Of a stretch of DNA of 64,000 nt, positions 22,901 through 36,266 are shown piece by piece; positions within the stretch are counted from its first letter, which is position 1; each line of letters begins with the position of its first letter. This DNA comes from Zygnema circumcarinatum SAG 698-1b. Its lineage: Eukaryota > Plantae > Zygnematophyceae. The translations under genes were made by a program, and so were the position numbers. The stretch covers positions 2,203,361 to 2,267,360 of the forward strand of contig CM074805.1 in NCBI GenBank assembly GCA_037447605.1. Direction: 5' to 3'. The notes under the pieces are model-generated. The model did not search any database. It saw only the letters and a list, made by a program, of their open reading frames with translations, and was not told where the DNA came from.

Positions 22901-25900
22901 AGCCCATGCCTCGCCCTCCGCCATGGCCACTTCTCGCATGGTAGCTCCGAACACCTTCTCTGTGAGGGTAGCGAGTCCCTCCAAGCAGCGCTCCATTGGG
23001 AAGTAAGCCGCCACCACCTGCCACGGGCATCGCCCAGTCATCCTCTCCCGCGTCCATCACATCCCCATACATCACAAAAGCAGAGCCCCTTGATCCTTGG
23101 ACGTAGGCAGAGGCCGTCCGAGTCAATAGATAGTCAATAGTCAACAAATTCAAGTATAGAAAACGTTGGAGCCAGTCTGTGGGCAAAGGAGAAGGATCGT
23201 GGAAAGAAAGAAAGGCAGAAGAGGCGGATCTTTGTGATTCGGTGAGCATGTTGGCATAGGATGCAAGAGAGGAGAGAGAGACGAGAGAGGGAGGGAGAGA
23301 GCAACCCTCGCATCCAAGCTGTGCGCTCGGGCCTTAGCCATCCCCGTGTAGTATGCAGAGTCCCAAGGCTCCACTGCCCCCTGTCCGCCATGGGACCGCT
23401 TGCATTCCTCCAAAAGCAGCACCTCCTGCAGCACCCACGTGTGAAATCTCAACTCTCGCCGAACAGGAACATCACATCACTCTTGCCAAGACGCACAAGA
23501 GGACATTCTCAGGTGCAGATTCAAACTGTAGAAGGGCCCAGTTCAACAACAGGCAGAAGTTCCAAAACATGTAAGAAAAGCCCCAAGAGATGTAAGTTGC
23601 ACAGTCATCGACCCAAAAAGCTGAATTTCATATACGTGCAACAACACTAGGAGCACATGCAACAACACGGAGAAGAAGTTCATTATTCGCTTCACGTTAG
23701 GGATGGACTGGACAGTATTACCATCTTCAAATTCAAACAGCCTCTTCGGAGCAGCATGCCATACCCGGTCAGCCTTCTCTCTGATCTGCGCTCCGAGATC
23801 CTCGAGAAAGTTGATGGCTACATCAGGTGAGCCTGCCATGAGAGGGGCGGTTTGAAACTCCGCATACGACATCCACCCCAGCACCTGCACATCGCCTCAG
23901 ACAGAAAGTACGCAATGGTAAGGCTGCTAGGCTTAGGTGGGATGGTGTTTATAACTCATATGCACGTCCACCTCTCGGTTTATCAATGACCCATCTGCAG
24001 GGATGGCATTATCTGATCTCATCTCAATCAAGACGAATCGCCAGATGTGACGAACCACCATCGCAAAAGGCTCCATTTCAGAAGATTTGAGTCTCATAAC
24101 ACTCAGCTACATGGTTAGTATTTAGCCATGCCGACAACGAAGTGTAATAGTGGATGAGTGAAAAGGAGAGGAGCCATCCTGCACACATCAAATATGCCTC
24201 AGCGGCTTGTAAAATGCAACCAGAAGTCGTCCGTCACGAACTCTTGATTTCAGACTCAGGCTTCCATTCCCTTTCTGGTAGAAAAGAACCTTAAACTTAA
24301 CTGTTTCCATTGTACCAAGCCGAAAAACAAGCACAGCGTGCATCTGCAAACCTCCAACAAATGCGTAGGTACAGTGCAAACAAATATCAATCCCGTGGAA
24401 TGCTGACCTCTGCCAGGTGATGCCGCGTCTGAACAAGACGGTCCAGAACCGCAAGGTTGCTTTTGGGGCTGCTGTTGGCTGCCATGAACACCGACCTTCT
24501 CACCTGCACATTACATGACACCACATGACACCACATCACATCACACCACATCACATCACATCACACCACTCACATCACGTCGTTTATCGGCAGCTCTCTC
24601 CTCGTCCGCCCCCATTTCCGCCCCCTCCCTTCCTCCACCAGCCCTCCCCCCTGACTTCCTACCGGAGAGCGTGAAGCAGCGTGTGATATACATACCTCGG
24701 GATCGGGCACCCACTTGAGCACTGCGTTCTGCACCATCGCCTCCGACCCCACCCTCAGCCCTTGAGAGAGAGCCCTCCCTCGCCCTCCCTCCTCCAGCAC
24801 TCGCCCGGAGGGGGCTCGCCACACGGGCCGTAGGAGGGCACGGAGAGGGTCCGGCACTGCACGCAGGCGGGAGGGGGGGAACACGTCCACATGCGACTTG
24901 TCGGCCGCAATGTTGTGAGTGAATCTGTTGGGGGGTTGGCGGCGCACGGCAATCAGTGTGCAGGTCATGGGTTTTTCGATTGTAAGGAGAAAGAGGGGGA
25001 AGGGGGGAAATTGTGGAAAGGGAGGAGTAGGGAAGGACGAGAAAGCTAGTGCAACGGGTACAGACGGGGAGAGTGAGAGAGACAGGGAAGATAGCAAGAT
25101 GGTGATGGAAAAGGGAGAGGTCGTGAAGAGGAGGGGAGAGAGAAGGATTAAGGTATAGATTTAGCAAGAAGTCCACGAGCCTGTAAGGAGCTCAGCTCAC
25201 TGCATTCCAAGCTGTGTGATGTCGTGGTTCAACTTCGCCACAAGCGCCCGCTTATCTGCCAGCACAAACCACTGCTAAAGTTCAGACACATGTTTTTATA
25301 GATTGAAACGATGGACATAAGTTGATAACGAATAGACCTGCCTCTTGTCCAGAAGCAAGATCTGCTAGTTACCGACCCCGGCTTCTGATTATTCAGGCCG
25401 CAGTGGTCTTATCACGGCCTAAACGCCGGTCTATTATCACATGAAGCCCGGAAGAACCCTGGCAACCTGATCGGTGCTGGTGACCGGTGGTCCATGCCCC
25501 CCAATCCGTCACTTTTAGTAATCACAACAGCTATTGTCACATAAAATTTCTGCTTCCGCTCACTCCCAGAAACTTGAGAAATGCTCGAAAATAGATCACC
25601 CATCAATCAATAAAGGCGAATGAAAATTATGCAAAGCACCACATCTGAAAAACACATCCCAAACAGTATGGAGATACAATCTGAACTCTACTCTCTTACC
25701 CTCTGACAAGTGCACTCCCGCGCGCTCAAAGTCCAGTCGCAACATGGCAGCGACCCGGCGCGTCTCCTCCGGCATCTCCACTCCCGAGTCTATGGCAGCT
25801 TTCAGCATTCCATATAGCTCAGTGCTTGTGTTCAAGCTCTGACCAAAAACAGACAGTAAGAGGCGGAAATACAGACAATCAGCTGATGAAAGACCGCCAA

Positions 25901-28415
25901 TGCTTTTTCAGATACTCATAAAAAAGTTTCAAGTGAATTAGGAGTACCCCAGAGAAACAAACAAAATAATTAGCCTAAAGCAATCTTAGTATTATCGAGG
26001 TTCACTTCCCTTTCTATCGACGAGATAGTAGCAGAGGACGATAACGACAAGAACCAAGCAAACTGTAGAAGCACAAAGACCAACCTAATGCCTTTCACCA
26101 AAAATTATCCGTGAAAAGTAGTCTGGCTGCTTCAGGCACAATATGACGGTGGTAAATGAATAACATAATAACATAATTTTTTTCTTCCTTCGGATTGCAA
26201 GACTAAAGAGCGGCAACATTCCCGTTCCCACAAAATCCCTTCTAGAGAAGTTTCAGACCGCACATGGACATATTTTGACAAACGCATAAACGCATCCGTT
26301 GCTGCCGCAACATATTCCCTGCATCCCAAATGCCCCACCCAAGTACTTATTTACATATAAGACATCTCAAGTTGATGTCGTCTGTGAAGCAAGGGAGGGA
26401 GAGGGGAGGGCTAAGAGTGGGAGAGGAGAGGAAGAGAGGCAGAGCGGGAGAGGGGGAGAGAGAGAGGGAGAGGGAGAGGGAGAGGGAGCAGGGTACGAGA
26501 GAGGGTAAGGAAGAGGGAGAGGGTAAGGAGTCTCGAGTATCATGCGTGTACTTTGGGTTGTTAAAGATTGTATTGAATGAAAGTGAAGTGATGAACACAC
26601 GCCATTATCTTCAGGAGTATGATCTATGAGGCATTGTAGGGATCAGTCCCTTGAATTGCAAGGCGGCCAGATACGCTCAATCTTTCTCGGTTTTTAAGAC
26701 TTGTTTGCTTGCATGAGAGGTCATAGGGAGTTTGATTTCAGCATAATTCAATATGTGCTTTCCATCACGGATTGGAATTTGGATTGAGAAAATGTTGCCA
26801 CCTGTCTGGATGTGTGTTTCTGCAGAGTTCCGCTGCATCAAGTGCGGTGCAAACCTGCAAGATTAGCCTGAAGCCAGTTAATCTCAGATATGATTTGCAG
26901 TCGAATAATCCTAGATACTAAAGGTAGAGAAGCCTATATGAGGATTCTTTCGGGATGTACAGGTTATAAAAAAAAAAAAAAAAAAGCATTTATTCTCCAA
27001 GTCAATGTCCAAAACGGAGCAATGGATAACGTGACAGGCAAGGGGACTACAGCACAGAAGAATGAAACAGATAAAATAACAGAAAGCACTGAGGTTATTT
27101 GATAAAAGTTGCACATCGTTCACTTGCTGTGCAACAGCGGGTTCCGAAGTGCTCACAACTGAACATCCTTTAGTCCCACTAGCAACCTTTCCTTAGGAGC
27201 CGCCATGACGCAAAAGTGAATGAGCAGATCGCCTGCTTGCTTCGTATCCACAACCATCCAGGATGCAACGAACTGGAGTGCGTTCAGCAGCATGGACTTC
27301 TTTTTCAATTCAAATCTTATGCTGAACAGTGCGAGTGCCTCCATCTTAGAGCATCGCAATCGCGAATGGCGAACTTACCACATCTGAAATATCGTCTAGG
27401 GTCAAAATTGTTTTAAGGGACGGTGGGATAAGCCGTAGCTCATTGATCAGGGCATCGGACCTGGCGGGAAATTACAAAGGTGAGAAAGCCCCGCCGACAA
27501 TCCCAAGAAGGCATAGTTAAAGCCTGAGAGAAGAAGCGACCCAGAAGTCAAAGCTACATGCAAGTTACGATGACTTCGACGCCATACACACTTGCATCCG
27601 CCATCTCCACGCACATAGTGCAGCAACTGTTAGCCAAATTGTGCAATGTTTTTCGTCAACCACGCCTCTCTCAGCGATGCAATTGCGCAGGCAGACTCGC
27701 TAAAGACTTTGCATAAATGCCACGCAAGAGCCTGGCTTTACGAAAGTAGTTATTGATGGATGACGAATGCGAGACCAACTGCACCATTTAGCAATGAATT
27801 GTTCGATAAAGCCTATCTTAATTCTTCTTGCAAAATTTCAATAATTGTAATGGCGATTTTTCCGTTTAGTTCAAAAACTTCAAAGTTTTAAGGTTTGCTT
27901 TTGTCTGGTTACTTCCCCAACAGGAATATTTGAGCTCAATCCAGTTCTCTAATTAAAATTAACTCGAGCATAAATTGAGTTTGGAACAACAACGAATTGC
28001 ATGCAGACACGAACCTCGCTATTGCTTCGTCCGCCATTCTATGGAACCCGCCAGCTGTCGTCAGCTCTTTGTAGCCAAACAGCCCGACAGACCCTCGTCT
28101 TCGGCACTCTGCTGCTGGGCCATAACTCTCACGCACTTCGTCAATACCTGTTACATTCTGCTCCTCCGCTGCCACTTCCTTCTCGCCCGGAGGCAGAGCG
28201 CCATTCCGAGAGCTTATCCAAACGGATGACTCCACGCAGGGCTTCTCCACTTGACCCGCGGCGATTTGAAACGCACTTCTCGGGAGACAAAGAGATGCCC
28301 CAACCTTCCATGGATCGCCCCAACAGCCATCGATACCAGCTGCTTTTGATATCGGATTGCAGAGCCTACCCCTAACACTCTGCATGAGCCACAGCCCATG
28401 AGAATACACGCGCAT
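19938..28415 (-). CDS. Mitochondrial intermediate peptidase (M3A metallopeptidase, MIP/OCT1-like)
   Basis: Many exons. Motifs VGLFGY..L....GF, LRLDFERAGVHL, YAEF..APLMAGSP, EPWDSAYY, YFPMERCLEGL, LGHIYLDMYPRPRKYAHAAHFTL, zinc motif ETLFHEFGHALHSLLSRT (~22100-22160), last exon ...GGARDPAAIL...EAGI*. The start codon is uncertain. Confidence 0.88.
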
Positions 28416-28556
28416 CTCTGAACCATGGCCGACTGCCAGTCCTCTTTCCTTCCGAACCCTGTCTTGCCTTCCAGCAGTCCCGCGGTGTTGCAGGGAGCTC
28501 CAGCACTTGGAGCTCGGGTCCTCGAGCTCCCCCACCCCGCCCTCACCCCCGTCCCC

Positions 28557-28582
28557 AACCCTAACCCTAACCCTAACCCTAA
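28557..28582. repeat. (CCCTAA)4 telomere-like/telo-box tract in the MIP-UMPS divergent promoter
   Basis: AACCCTAACCCTAACCCTAACCCTAA. Confidence 0.8.
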
Positions 28583-28623
28583 TCTGCTCTCCCCCCGTGG
28601 CACGCCAGGCTCGCCTCGCTTGC

Positions 28624-28748
28624 GCCACGTGGCGGCTCCCCCGCGACATCCGCACAGCGCGTTCTCGGCCAGCTGCTGCTGCTCTCGCCCTTCGCCGATG
28701 GCCGTGCCACGTGGCAGTCCGACGCGGCACTTGGAAGTGCCACGTGGC
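28624..28748. promoter_or_regulatory. Cluster of three perfect palindromic G-boxes (GCCACGTGGC)
   Basis: At 28624, 28706 and 28739, between the divergent MIP and UMPS starts. Confidence 0.6.
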
Positions 28749-29230
28749 GTCGCGCCGACAAGTACGGCCTTAGTTGTCCGTATGATTACGGCTGTGGAGG
28801 GAGCGCGTGGTTCGGCTAAAAGTCCAAAGTCTAATAAAACTCTAAAAGTCCCTTGTACGGACTTTTTGTCATCCCTAGTTGCGTATCACTTATACTGGTG
28901 CCGGTACGATACGATACGATACGATACGCTGTGCGCGGAGGACGGGAGCCGGCCCAGGCTCAAGAGGGAGGGGGGTTCAGCAGGTCCATGGCTGCTGCGA
29001 CGCTGCCCCCCGCCTCGCACGCTCTCCGCCCCGTCTCGCAGAGGGAGACTCGCGGCATTTTGGGCATCTCCTTGAGGTGTCATTCAGAGAGGGACAGCGC
29101 GCAACGGTGCTGCGCTTCTGCAACCTCCCGTCCTCCCAAAGCTGAAGCGCGCGCTTCCAAGTTTGCGGCTAGAGCTGCTTCCGCTGCGGCGGAGGAAGCC
29201 ATCCCTGCCGTCCATTTTAGGGTTCCAGCC

Positions 29231-32200
29231 ATGGCGGACCCAACTGACCAGCTTGTGCTCGCCCTCCACGACGTAGAAGCCGTCAAATTCGGTGAATTTA
29301 AGTTGAAAAGCGGAATCATGTCCCCTATTTACATAGATCTTCGTGTTATTGTCTCCTATCCTTCGCTCTTAGAGCAAGTTTCCGACGCCCTCTGGGCTGT
29401 TCTCCCCCCTCCTTCGTCCTCCTCTTCGGCCTCCTTTGACTGCATTTGCGGCGTTCCATACACTGCTCTCCCGATCGCAACCGCAATTTCTCTCCGCAAA
29501 AACGTTTGCATGTTGATGCGGCGAAAAGAAGTGAAAGATTACGGTACAAAGAAGGCGATAGAGGGAGCGTTCAAAGCAGGCCAGAAGTGTTTAATCATTG
29601 AGGACTTAGTCACTTCTGGAGCATCCGTGCTGGAGACGGCCGAAGCCCTGCAGGCTGTGGGGCTGGATGTGAATGATGTTGCAGTGCTGATAGACAGAGA
29701 ACAGGGAGGAGGTGCCCACCTGGCAGCTCGGGGAATAAAGCTGCACGCGGCTCTTACTCTCACGCATGTCGTGGAGGCGCTCGTGAAGCATGGGAGGATG
29801 GAAAGGGAGGTGGCGGAGAAGGTGAAGAAATTTGTGGCAGAGAATCAGACGGCAGCTCCTCCGCCTGCTCCTGTGGCAGCAGTAGGAGCAGGAGGGGGAG
29901 AAGGGGGAGGAGGGGGGAAGCGGAAGAAGAGATATGGGGAGAGGGTCGCAATGTCGGAAAATCCGACGGCAAAGAAGCTGTTGGCGATCATGGAGGAAAA
30001 GAGGACGAACTTGTCGGTGGCAGCAGATGTTGGGACGGCGGCGGAGCTGTTGAAGCTTGCAGAGGAGGTACGGTGTTAAAAATTAAGGTTGTAGGAGGGT
30101 TTCAATTTCGATGCATGAAGACTTCATGTGACATCAACTCGACAATTCGAAAGTTGAATCGGTGTTCTCATTCTCACCTGAAAGTAAGCTAAAGAAGGCT
30201 AGCTTCTCTTTGCAATATCTCATGCTTGTAGGTAAACAGAAGTCTTGCTGTTTTTAGTGCAGGAGCATGTGACCTTGAGCGCAGAAGCTTGTCCACCTCA
30301 AAAGTCCTATTTTTTCATTTCATTACCATTGCCTGCTCTGGACAAGTATGGGCGAAGAATCGATTCGGTATACACATCATAGGCGTTCTTGTACGCTTTT
30401 AGGTCGGCGTTGTTCAGCTGTCATACGGGAATACAACAATTTTAATCGAATATGTTTCTATGCCTTCAAAAATTTTGCAGGTCGGGCCAGAGATATGTGT
30501 ACTGAAGACCCATGTGGACATATTTCCTGATTTTACGCCCGATTTTGGCGCCAAGCTTAAAGAGGTACATTCCCATTATCATTGCTATTAACTATTCTTT
30601 TTCTTCATTCGCTCTAAGAAGAGGGGCGTGTAGCTGGAATGGCAATGGCGCTCTAGAGCTCCCAAATATATCATGACTTGTTCAGAAGTTGAAGGTTAGG
30701 GGAGCGAAGTTTTTGGCCGGAGCCTGCTCGTACGCAAACGGCCGTCCTATGTGACGAGCGTACGGTTACTCCGTATCACCTTACTGCGCGTAAAGTCGTG
30801 GGGCTTTGAACCCTGTCTGAAATTCGAGGCTCGAGACTCGGGACTCGCTCTGTCTTTTGAGAAAACCTTGTTTTGGAGTTGCAGCATATGAGGCTTTTGA
30901 CTTTTTTCCTTTTCCAAACGTTGCTATTTGGACTAACGTTTTGTGACTAACGGCATTTAGAAGATTCAACCATATTACTGGAGTTACTGCATGAGTCGCA
31001 CTAGAATCAAGCAGATAAAGAAATTGCACATGCAAATCATCCTTGTCACGAGCGTACTGCGCATCACAGCAATAGTGAATTACCCCCTCCCGGTCCCACC
31101 ACTTATGAGGATGTTGAATTGTTATGAGCAAAACAAGGCCCAACCCATAGATATTGTCGTGGTTTTTATGTCATTAGCAGATTCATAATTGTTTATTCAA
31201 CGTGTTGTTGGGGGACAGGTAGCCAACAGGCACAACTTTCTCATTTTTGAGGATCGAAAATTTGCAGATATCGGCAATACGGTCACTATGCAGTATGAAG
31301 GGTATGTGAATAGAAGCCCAATTTCCCAAATTAATATTATAATAATAAAATAGTATTAATATTATATTAATAATTTTTATCATTGAAGATAACAAGACTG
31401 AATGCAAGAATGCTACAAAGTTACGCATGAATGCATACAGGAAATCACCGAAACAAAAGAAAAAAAAAAAAAAAGGCAAATAGGCGGTTGAACGTCGGCT
31501 TTGCTTATTTTGTTCTATTGGATCTTACTATTTTCTGCTTACAGTGTGCAAGTGGGGCATTTGCAGGGGAATCTTTAAAATTGCTGAATGGGCAGACATT
31601 ATTAATGCGCACACAGTCTCGGGACCTGGTATCATAGAAGGCCTCAAACTGAAGGTAATCTTAAGGGCCACTATGTGTAATTTTCTAAGTCGAAGTTTTG
31701 ATATGGTGGGTAATGATGCTAGCTGATAGTCGTTGGGAATGATCGTTAGTTTTCCCCCTACGGACAAAATGGGCGGAAGGAAAGGCTAATACTGCAGGTT
31801 CTAGAGTTTTCTTTGGTATTTTTGCATGTATGGGAGAGCTGGATGACTTTCCCTGCCTTTCGTAAGCAGCGCTTAAGTGTTCTAGATATTAATTCATATG
31901 AATCTTTCCCAATCAACCCCCCTACTTCCATCCTTCCTTTGCTTTCCTCCTCATGTTAATTGCAGTCAGTGGATCAATTCATTCAGGACCCGTTCACTTC
32001 AGTTATGGGCGAAAATCAACCTTACAAAGCTGCATATAGATAGGCCTTGTCCTTGATGTGTTTCTACCTATTTTCCAGCTTACTTACTCCACCCCTTCAC
32101 TAACTATTCTTGCGCAATCCGACCTAACTTTCGTCCCTTTCGTTTTTACCATTGGGAATGCAGGGCCTGCCCCAAGGCCGTGGACTTCTTCTATTGGCTG

Positions 32201-32841
32201 AAATGAGCTCGTCAGGAAATCTTGCCACGGGGGAATACACGGCGGCGACAGCAAAGATGGCTTTGGAACATCCGGACTTTGTAATTGGGTTCATTTCAAT
32301 CAACCCTGCTGCATGGAAAGAGGGGCCGTTAGACGGAGCACTGGTCCACATGACTCCCGGGGTGCAGCTGGCGAAAGGAGGCGATGCTTTAGGGCAACAA
32401 TACAACACGCCTGATTCGGTAATTTAAGACGCTTTCCCTCTCTCACTTTCTCCTCTTCACTCCCCTCATTTCTCCTCCTCTGCTTCCCTCCTTTTTCCCT
32501 CCCACTGCTCCCCTTCTCCGTACCCTCTCGCTTTCCGAAACTCCTCTTGATTATACCCTATTTACAATGCGGTTTGTCCGCTATTATTACTTTGGAGAAT
32601 CGTAGTTTAATGAAATTGTGGTTTGTTGAATCACCGATGTGAATGGGAGGAAAGGGTTTGGGGCCACTCCGTTGTTCATTAATGATTTTTTTTTGCTTTG
32701 TGTGGTCAGGTGCTTGGTGAGAGAGGGAGTGACATCATCATTGTGGGGCGAGGCGTCATCAAAGCCAAGGATCCCGCAGCTGCGGCCAAAGAGTACCGTC
32801 TTGCGGGATGGGCGGCCTATGAAGCAAGTTTTGCCGCATAA
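29231..32841 (+). CDS. UMPS: UMP synthase (orotate phosphoribosyltransferase + OMP decarboxylase)
   Basis: Exons 29231-30067, 30481-30564, 31219-31301, 31567-31654, 32164-32418, 32710-32841. Motifs [58 protein letters not shown]. An in-frame upstream ATG lies at 28988. Confidence 0.95.
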
Positions 32842-33498
32842 AACAAACAGCTCTATTGTAATGTTTTTTTAATTTTTTCCATCAATTGGAGTGTCCAAGG
32901 GCACAATTCCCTTCACATGTCAATTTGCGTTTATTGAAATAAAACAGAAAAAGCAATACAGTACGCTGACATTGGGATTGACGTGTGTCTATGGACCTTG
33001 GTTTCAAAAAGCAAAGCGATCATAGAAAGGGAAACACCAAATTTAATTTCCAATTTGTCAAAATTTCATGCGACCTGACATAGAAGGCCGCAAGAGCTTT
33101 GAATATTTCAAACTTTAGAAAGTTAGAAAATGAAAGATACTATACGGTGGAACTCAACCAACAAAGGTTGCTCTACAGACGTTCTCAAAAAGTGCCAACC
33201 CTCGTCCAAATATTTACAATGTATCACTGGCTGAACCATCGCACTACTCACTTGCAAAAAGAAGTGCAAATTCGTCACCCAACCATGTGAACGGCTAATT
33301 ATTGCTGACCGGTCGACTTTCCACTACAGCTGAACAAGGAAATGTACCGTCGGGTTCAAAACAAGCTTCTGATTTGGGGTCTCAAGACCAGAATTGGTTT
33401 TTCTGCGCACCACGGCCTCCTCCCCCTCTTTGGAAAGCTCGGCCACAAGAACGATTCTCCCAATGACTCAAAATGTGAACTCCCGAAAAGGATATTTC

Positions 33499-35449
33499 TC
33501 ACACATTGCTCTCTTGAAGCTTATACTTGTCACAAAGAATACTCAGAGTGGGCTCCAAAGCGCTGCCCACAACATCAACCAATTCGTAACACATGAGTTT
33601 CAACCTATATCCAAGGGTTTTTAGGGTTTTTCTAATGCACCTAAAGCTTACATTCCTCAGGAGAAAGGCAAGCGAATAACCGAACTTATTAATGATTGAA
33701 ATGATTAACAGGCGAAGGATGATCGAGTGAGAGGGACAATCTTTTCATCTCATCCCGAAGAGACTGCATGCCCCTTGATTCGACCAGAACACTCACCTTC
33801 CTTTGCGCACTACGGAATAGCACCCACTTTTTGTAAGGTCAATAATGGTGGATCCCGCTCTTCCACCTCGCAGTGGACCTCCATCAAACACCGCCGCGCA
33901 CTTGTTCCAGAGCTCCTTGAACTCGCCAACATCCACTGTTCCTTCCCGTCCGCTGATGTTCGCTGATGTCAGTGCCAAGGCTCCCCGAAATTCTCTTGCA
34001 ACTGCCCGAATAAAATAGGCATCAGGAATCCGTATTCCAATGCTTGTGGTTCCAGGATTGAGAGATTCGTGCAAAGGGGATTCTTTTCCTGTAGAAAAAG
34101 TTTGAAAAAAAGAGGCATATTAGTTCCTTGTTTTCAGAACAGGTGTAGAAGGGGGACGAAAAAGGGTACTCTTTAGTTATCTGGGATTGCTGTAACAGCT
34201 GAAAGTATACCTCTTGGAAGGATAAGAGTAACGGGCCCTGGAAAGAGACCCGAAAGTAGACCAGAAGGCAGATGATCGACGGTCGCATATCGTGCCACGT
34301 CATCAATGTCTGCTACACAGACAGCCAATGGTTTATCCAGATCGCGATCCTTAATGTGGTAAATTCGTTGAATAGCTTTCGCTGCGCTGCATTTACAATA
34401 ACACCAACATTTGAAGACTGTAAGACGTTAGGACTTGAAAGTAACAAAAGAAGAGGGGCAAAAGGAACAAAAAAGATGGAAGGAGCGTTCGAGGACGAGA
34501 GGGAGCGAGAGGTAGAGAGGGAGAGAGGAAGAGAGGGAGCGAGGGAGCGAGCGAGGGGGAGCGGGGGAGAGGAGGAGGGGAAGAGGAAAAAAAGAGGGAG
34601 AGGGGAAGAGGGGAAAAGAGGAAGTGGGGGAGAGAGGGAGGGGGGGAGAGGGAGAGAGAGAGAGACGGAGAGTGGGCGACAGGGAGAGTGGGAGAGAGGC
34701 AGAGAGGGAGAGAGAGGGCGATGGGGGAAAAGGGAGAGGGGGGAGCGAGGGAGGGGCGAGGGGGGAGAGTGTGGTTGCATTGTCTAGGTTCCTGCAATTT
34801 TAGCGAAAGTGCGGCGAGCGTGGTACATGATCAGAAGTGTAGCGCTTTCTGCCTTAGCGATTTATGTGTTTTCACTAACCAAGCATCTGCAGCGAGTCCG
34901 TAAATTGTGTCTGAAGGTAGCGCGATTACATCCTCACTCCTTAAAGCAGCTACTGCCACATTCACATGCTTCGTTACAGCTGGCAGCACCGAACCCATCC
35001 ACGAGCTCAATGGCTGCAACGATGACCCCCTGCATGCACAATGTGGGGAGTGCGGGGTACAGAGGCAGGCTCAGTTTCTCAATTCTGGGAGAGGCTGCTG
35101 GCCACCATTCTAAGATTTTATGAACTTTCGTGTAGTCTTAGAAGTTCAAGCATTAAATTTACAACCTTCAAGCTGATAGACAAGTTATAAGTTTAAAAAA
35201 CCATAGGCGGAACTAGAGAAAAACGCCATGTATAGCATCAGCTTCATTAACAACTGCTCACCCATCAGCTCTAATCGCGTGAATCCTCCCTGGCACTCTC
35301 CCGATGGATGCATCCACATCATTCAGCACTGCCAGACCCTTTTCAGATGCTCCGAATCTTGCTCTCCTTAATGCCGATTCCTGTCGCTCGATACATGCCA
35401 GATCAATATGGCAAGCTGCTGTGTTCGCTATACCTGTCACTCCGCGCAT
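33499..35449 (-). CDS. YrdC/Sua5 (TsaC) threonylcarbamoyl-AMP synthase
   Basis: VIALPSDTIYGLAADA, IKGRDLDKPLAVCV, LLPGPVTLIL, IGIRIPD, LALTSANISG, GSTIIDL. Start uncertain, taken as the ATG at 35449. Confidence 0.88.
34490..34770. repeat. Long GA-rich polypurine/polypyrimidine low-complexity tract (intronic)
   Basis: ~280 bp that is almost entirely G/A on the + strand. Similar tracts at ~24980-25150 and 26390-26530. Confidence 0.8.
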
Positions 35450-36040
35450 CTGCAAAGTAATTCCATGTGTTGATCAAAGGAATTGGGGGCTGAAGTCAGT
35501 TTTAAGCGTTCGTGACGATTTGGGGGGAAACATCGCTACACCTCCATAGAGTGTATGCATACATTTACGATTCCTACAGTGATTTGTAGACATACAGATA
35601 CACATCCAATCACTCAACTATAACCATCCATGGACATTCACCAAGACACAAACACGCTCGTCATCTTCTCCTGTCCAAACCACGCTTATCTCACCTCCGA
35701 GTGTCCTCTCCAAGCTTCGACTTCGATCTTCGGTGGTCAGCTTCGCTAGAATTGAGCAAAAACTGCAACCTTGATGCTGCGTTAGTCTGCTAACCCTACT
35801 TAACTTTGACTTCCCCAAAAAAGCGCTGGTTGATGATGCCAAAACCGCAGAATACTAAATCAGCGCCGGCCGCTCTGATGCGCTGATGCGGCCATGGACG
35901 GCTGCCGACGCCCACAGCAGTTGGCGGCAGGGAGGTGCGGTGAAAGGGCGCCTCGAGCAGGCCATGGCTCTCGAGCTGCTGCTTGCACTCGTCTTCTCGC
36001 TCCAAAATCCTTCAGCGAGGCCAAGGGTTCAGATGGAGCT

Positions 36041-36266
36041 TGGCATTGGTCTCACCATGGCGATGCATGGCATCATCACATACATGGACGTTAGGTAGCA
36101 CTTTTTGGGCTAACTCTTTATTTACAAATGCAACATGGGGAACCACGAGGAACCAGCCGTCTCAAAGGAAGAGAAGGCCATGCGCAGGCGTGGCCGCAGT
36201 GGAGCGATCAGCACCAATTCGTTCGTCTCCGCCTCCAAGCCCAACAACAACACGGCTCTAGAAGCA
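36041..36266 (+). repeat. Dispersed repeat family X, copy 3 (diverged)
   Basis: TGGCATTGGTCTCACCATGGCGATG...ATGGGGAACCACGAGGAAC...CCAACAACAACACGGCTCTAGAAGCA matches both ends of copy 1. Confidence 0.7.

Noticed and set aside
34272-34797. Glu/Arg/Gly-rich and Pro/Leu/Ser-rich ORFs
   Set aside because: Translations of an intronic GA low-complexity tract.
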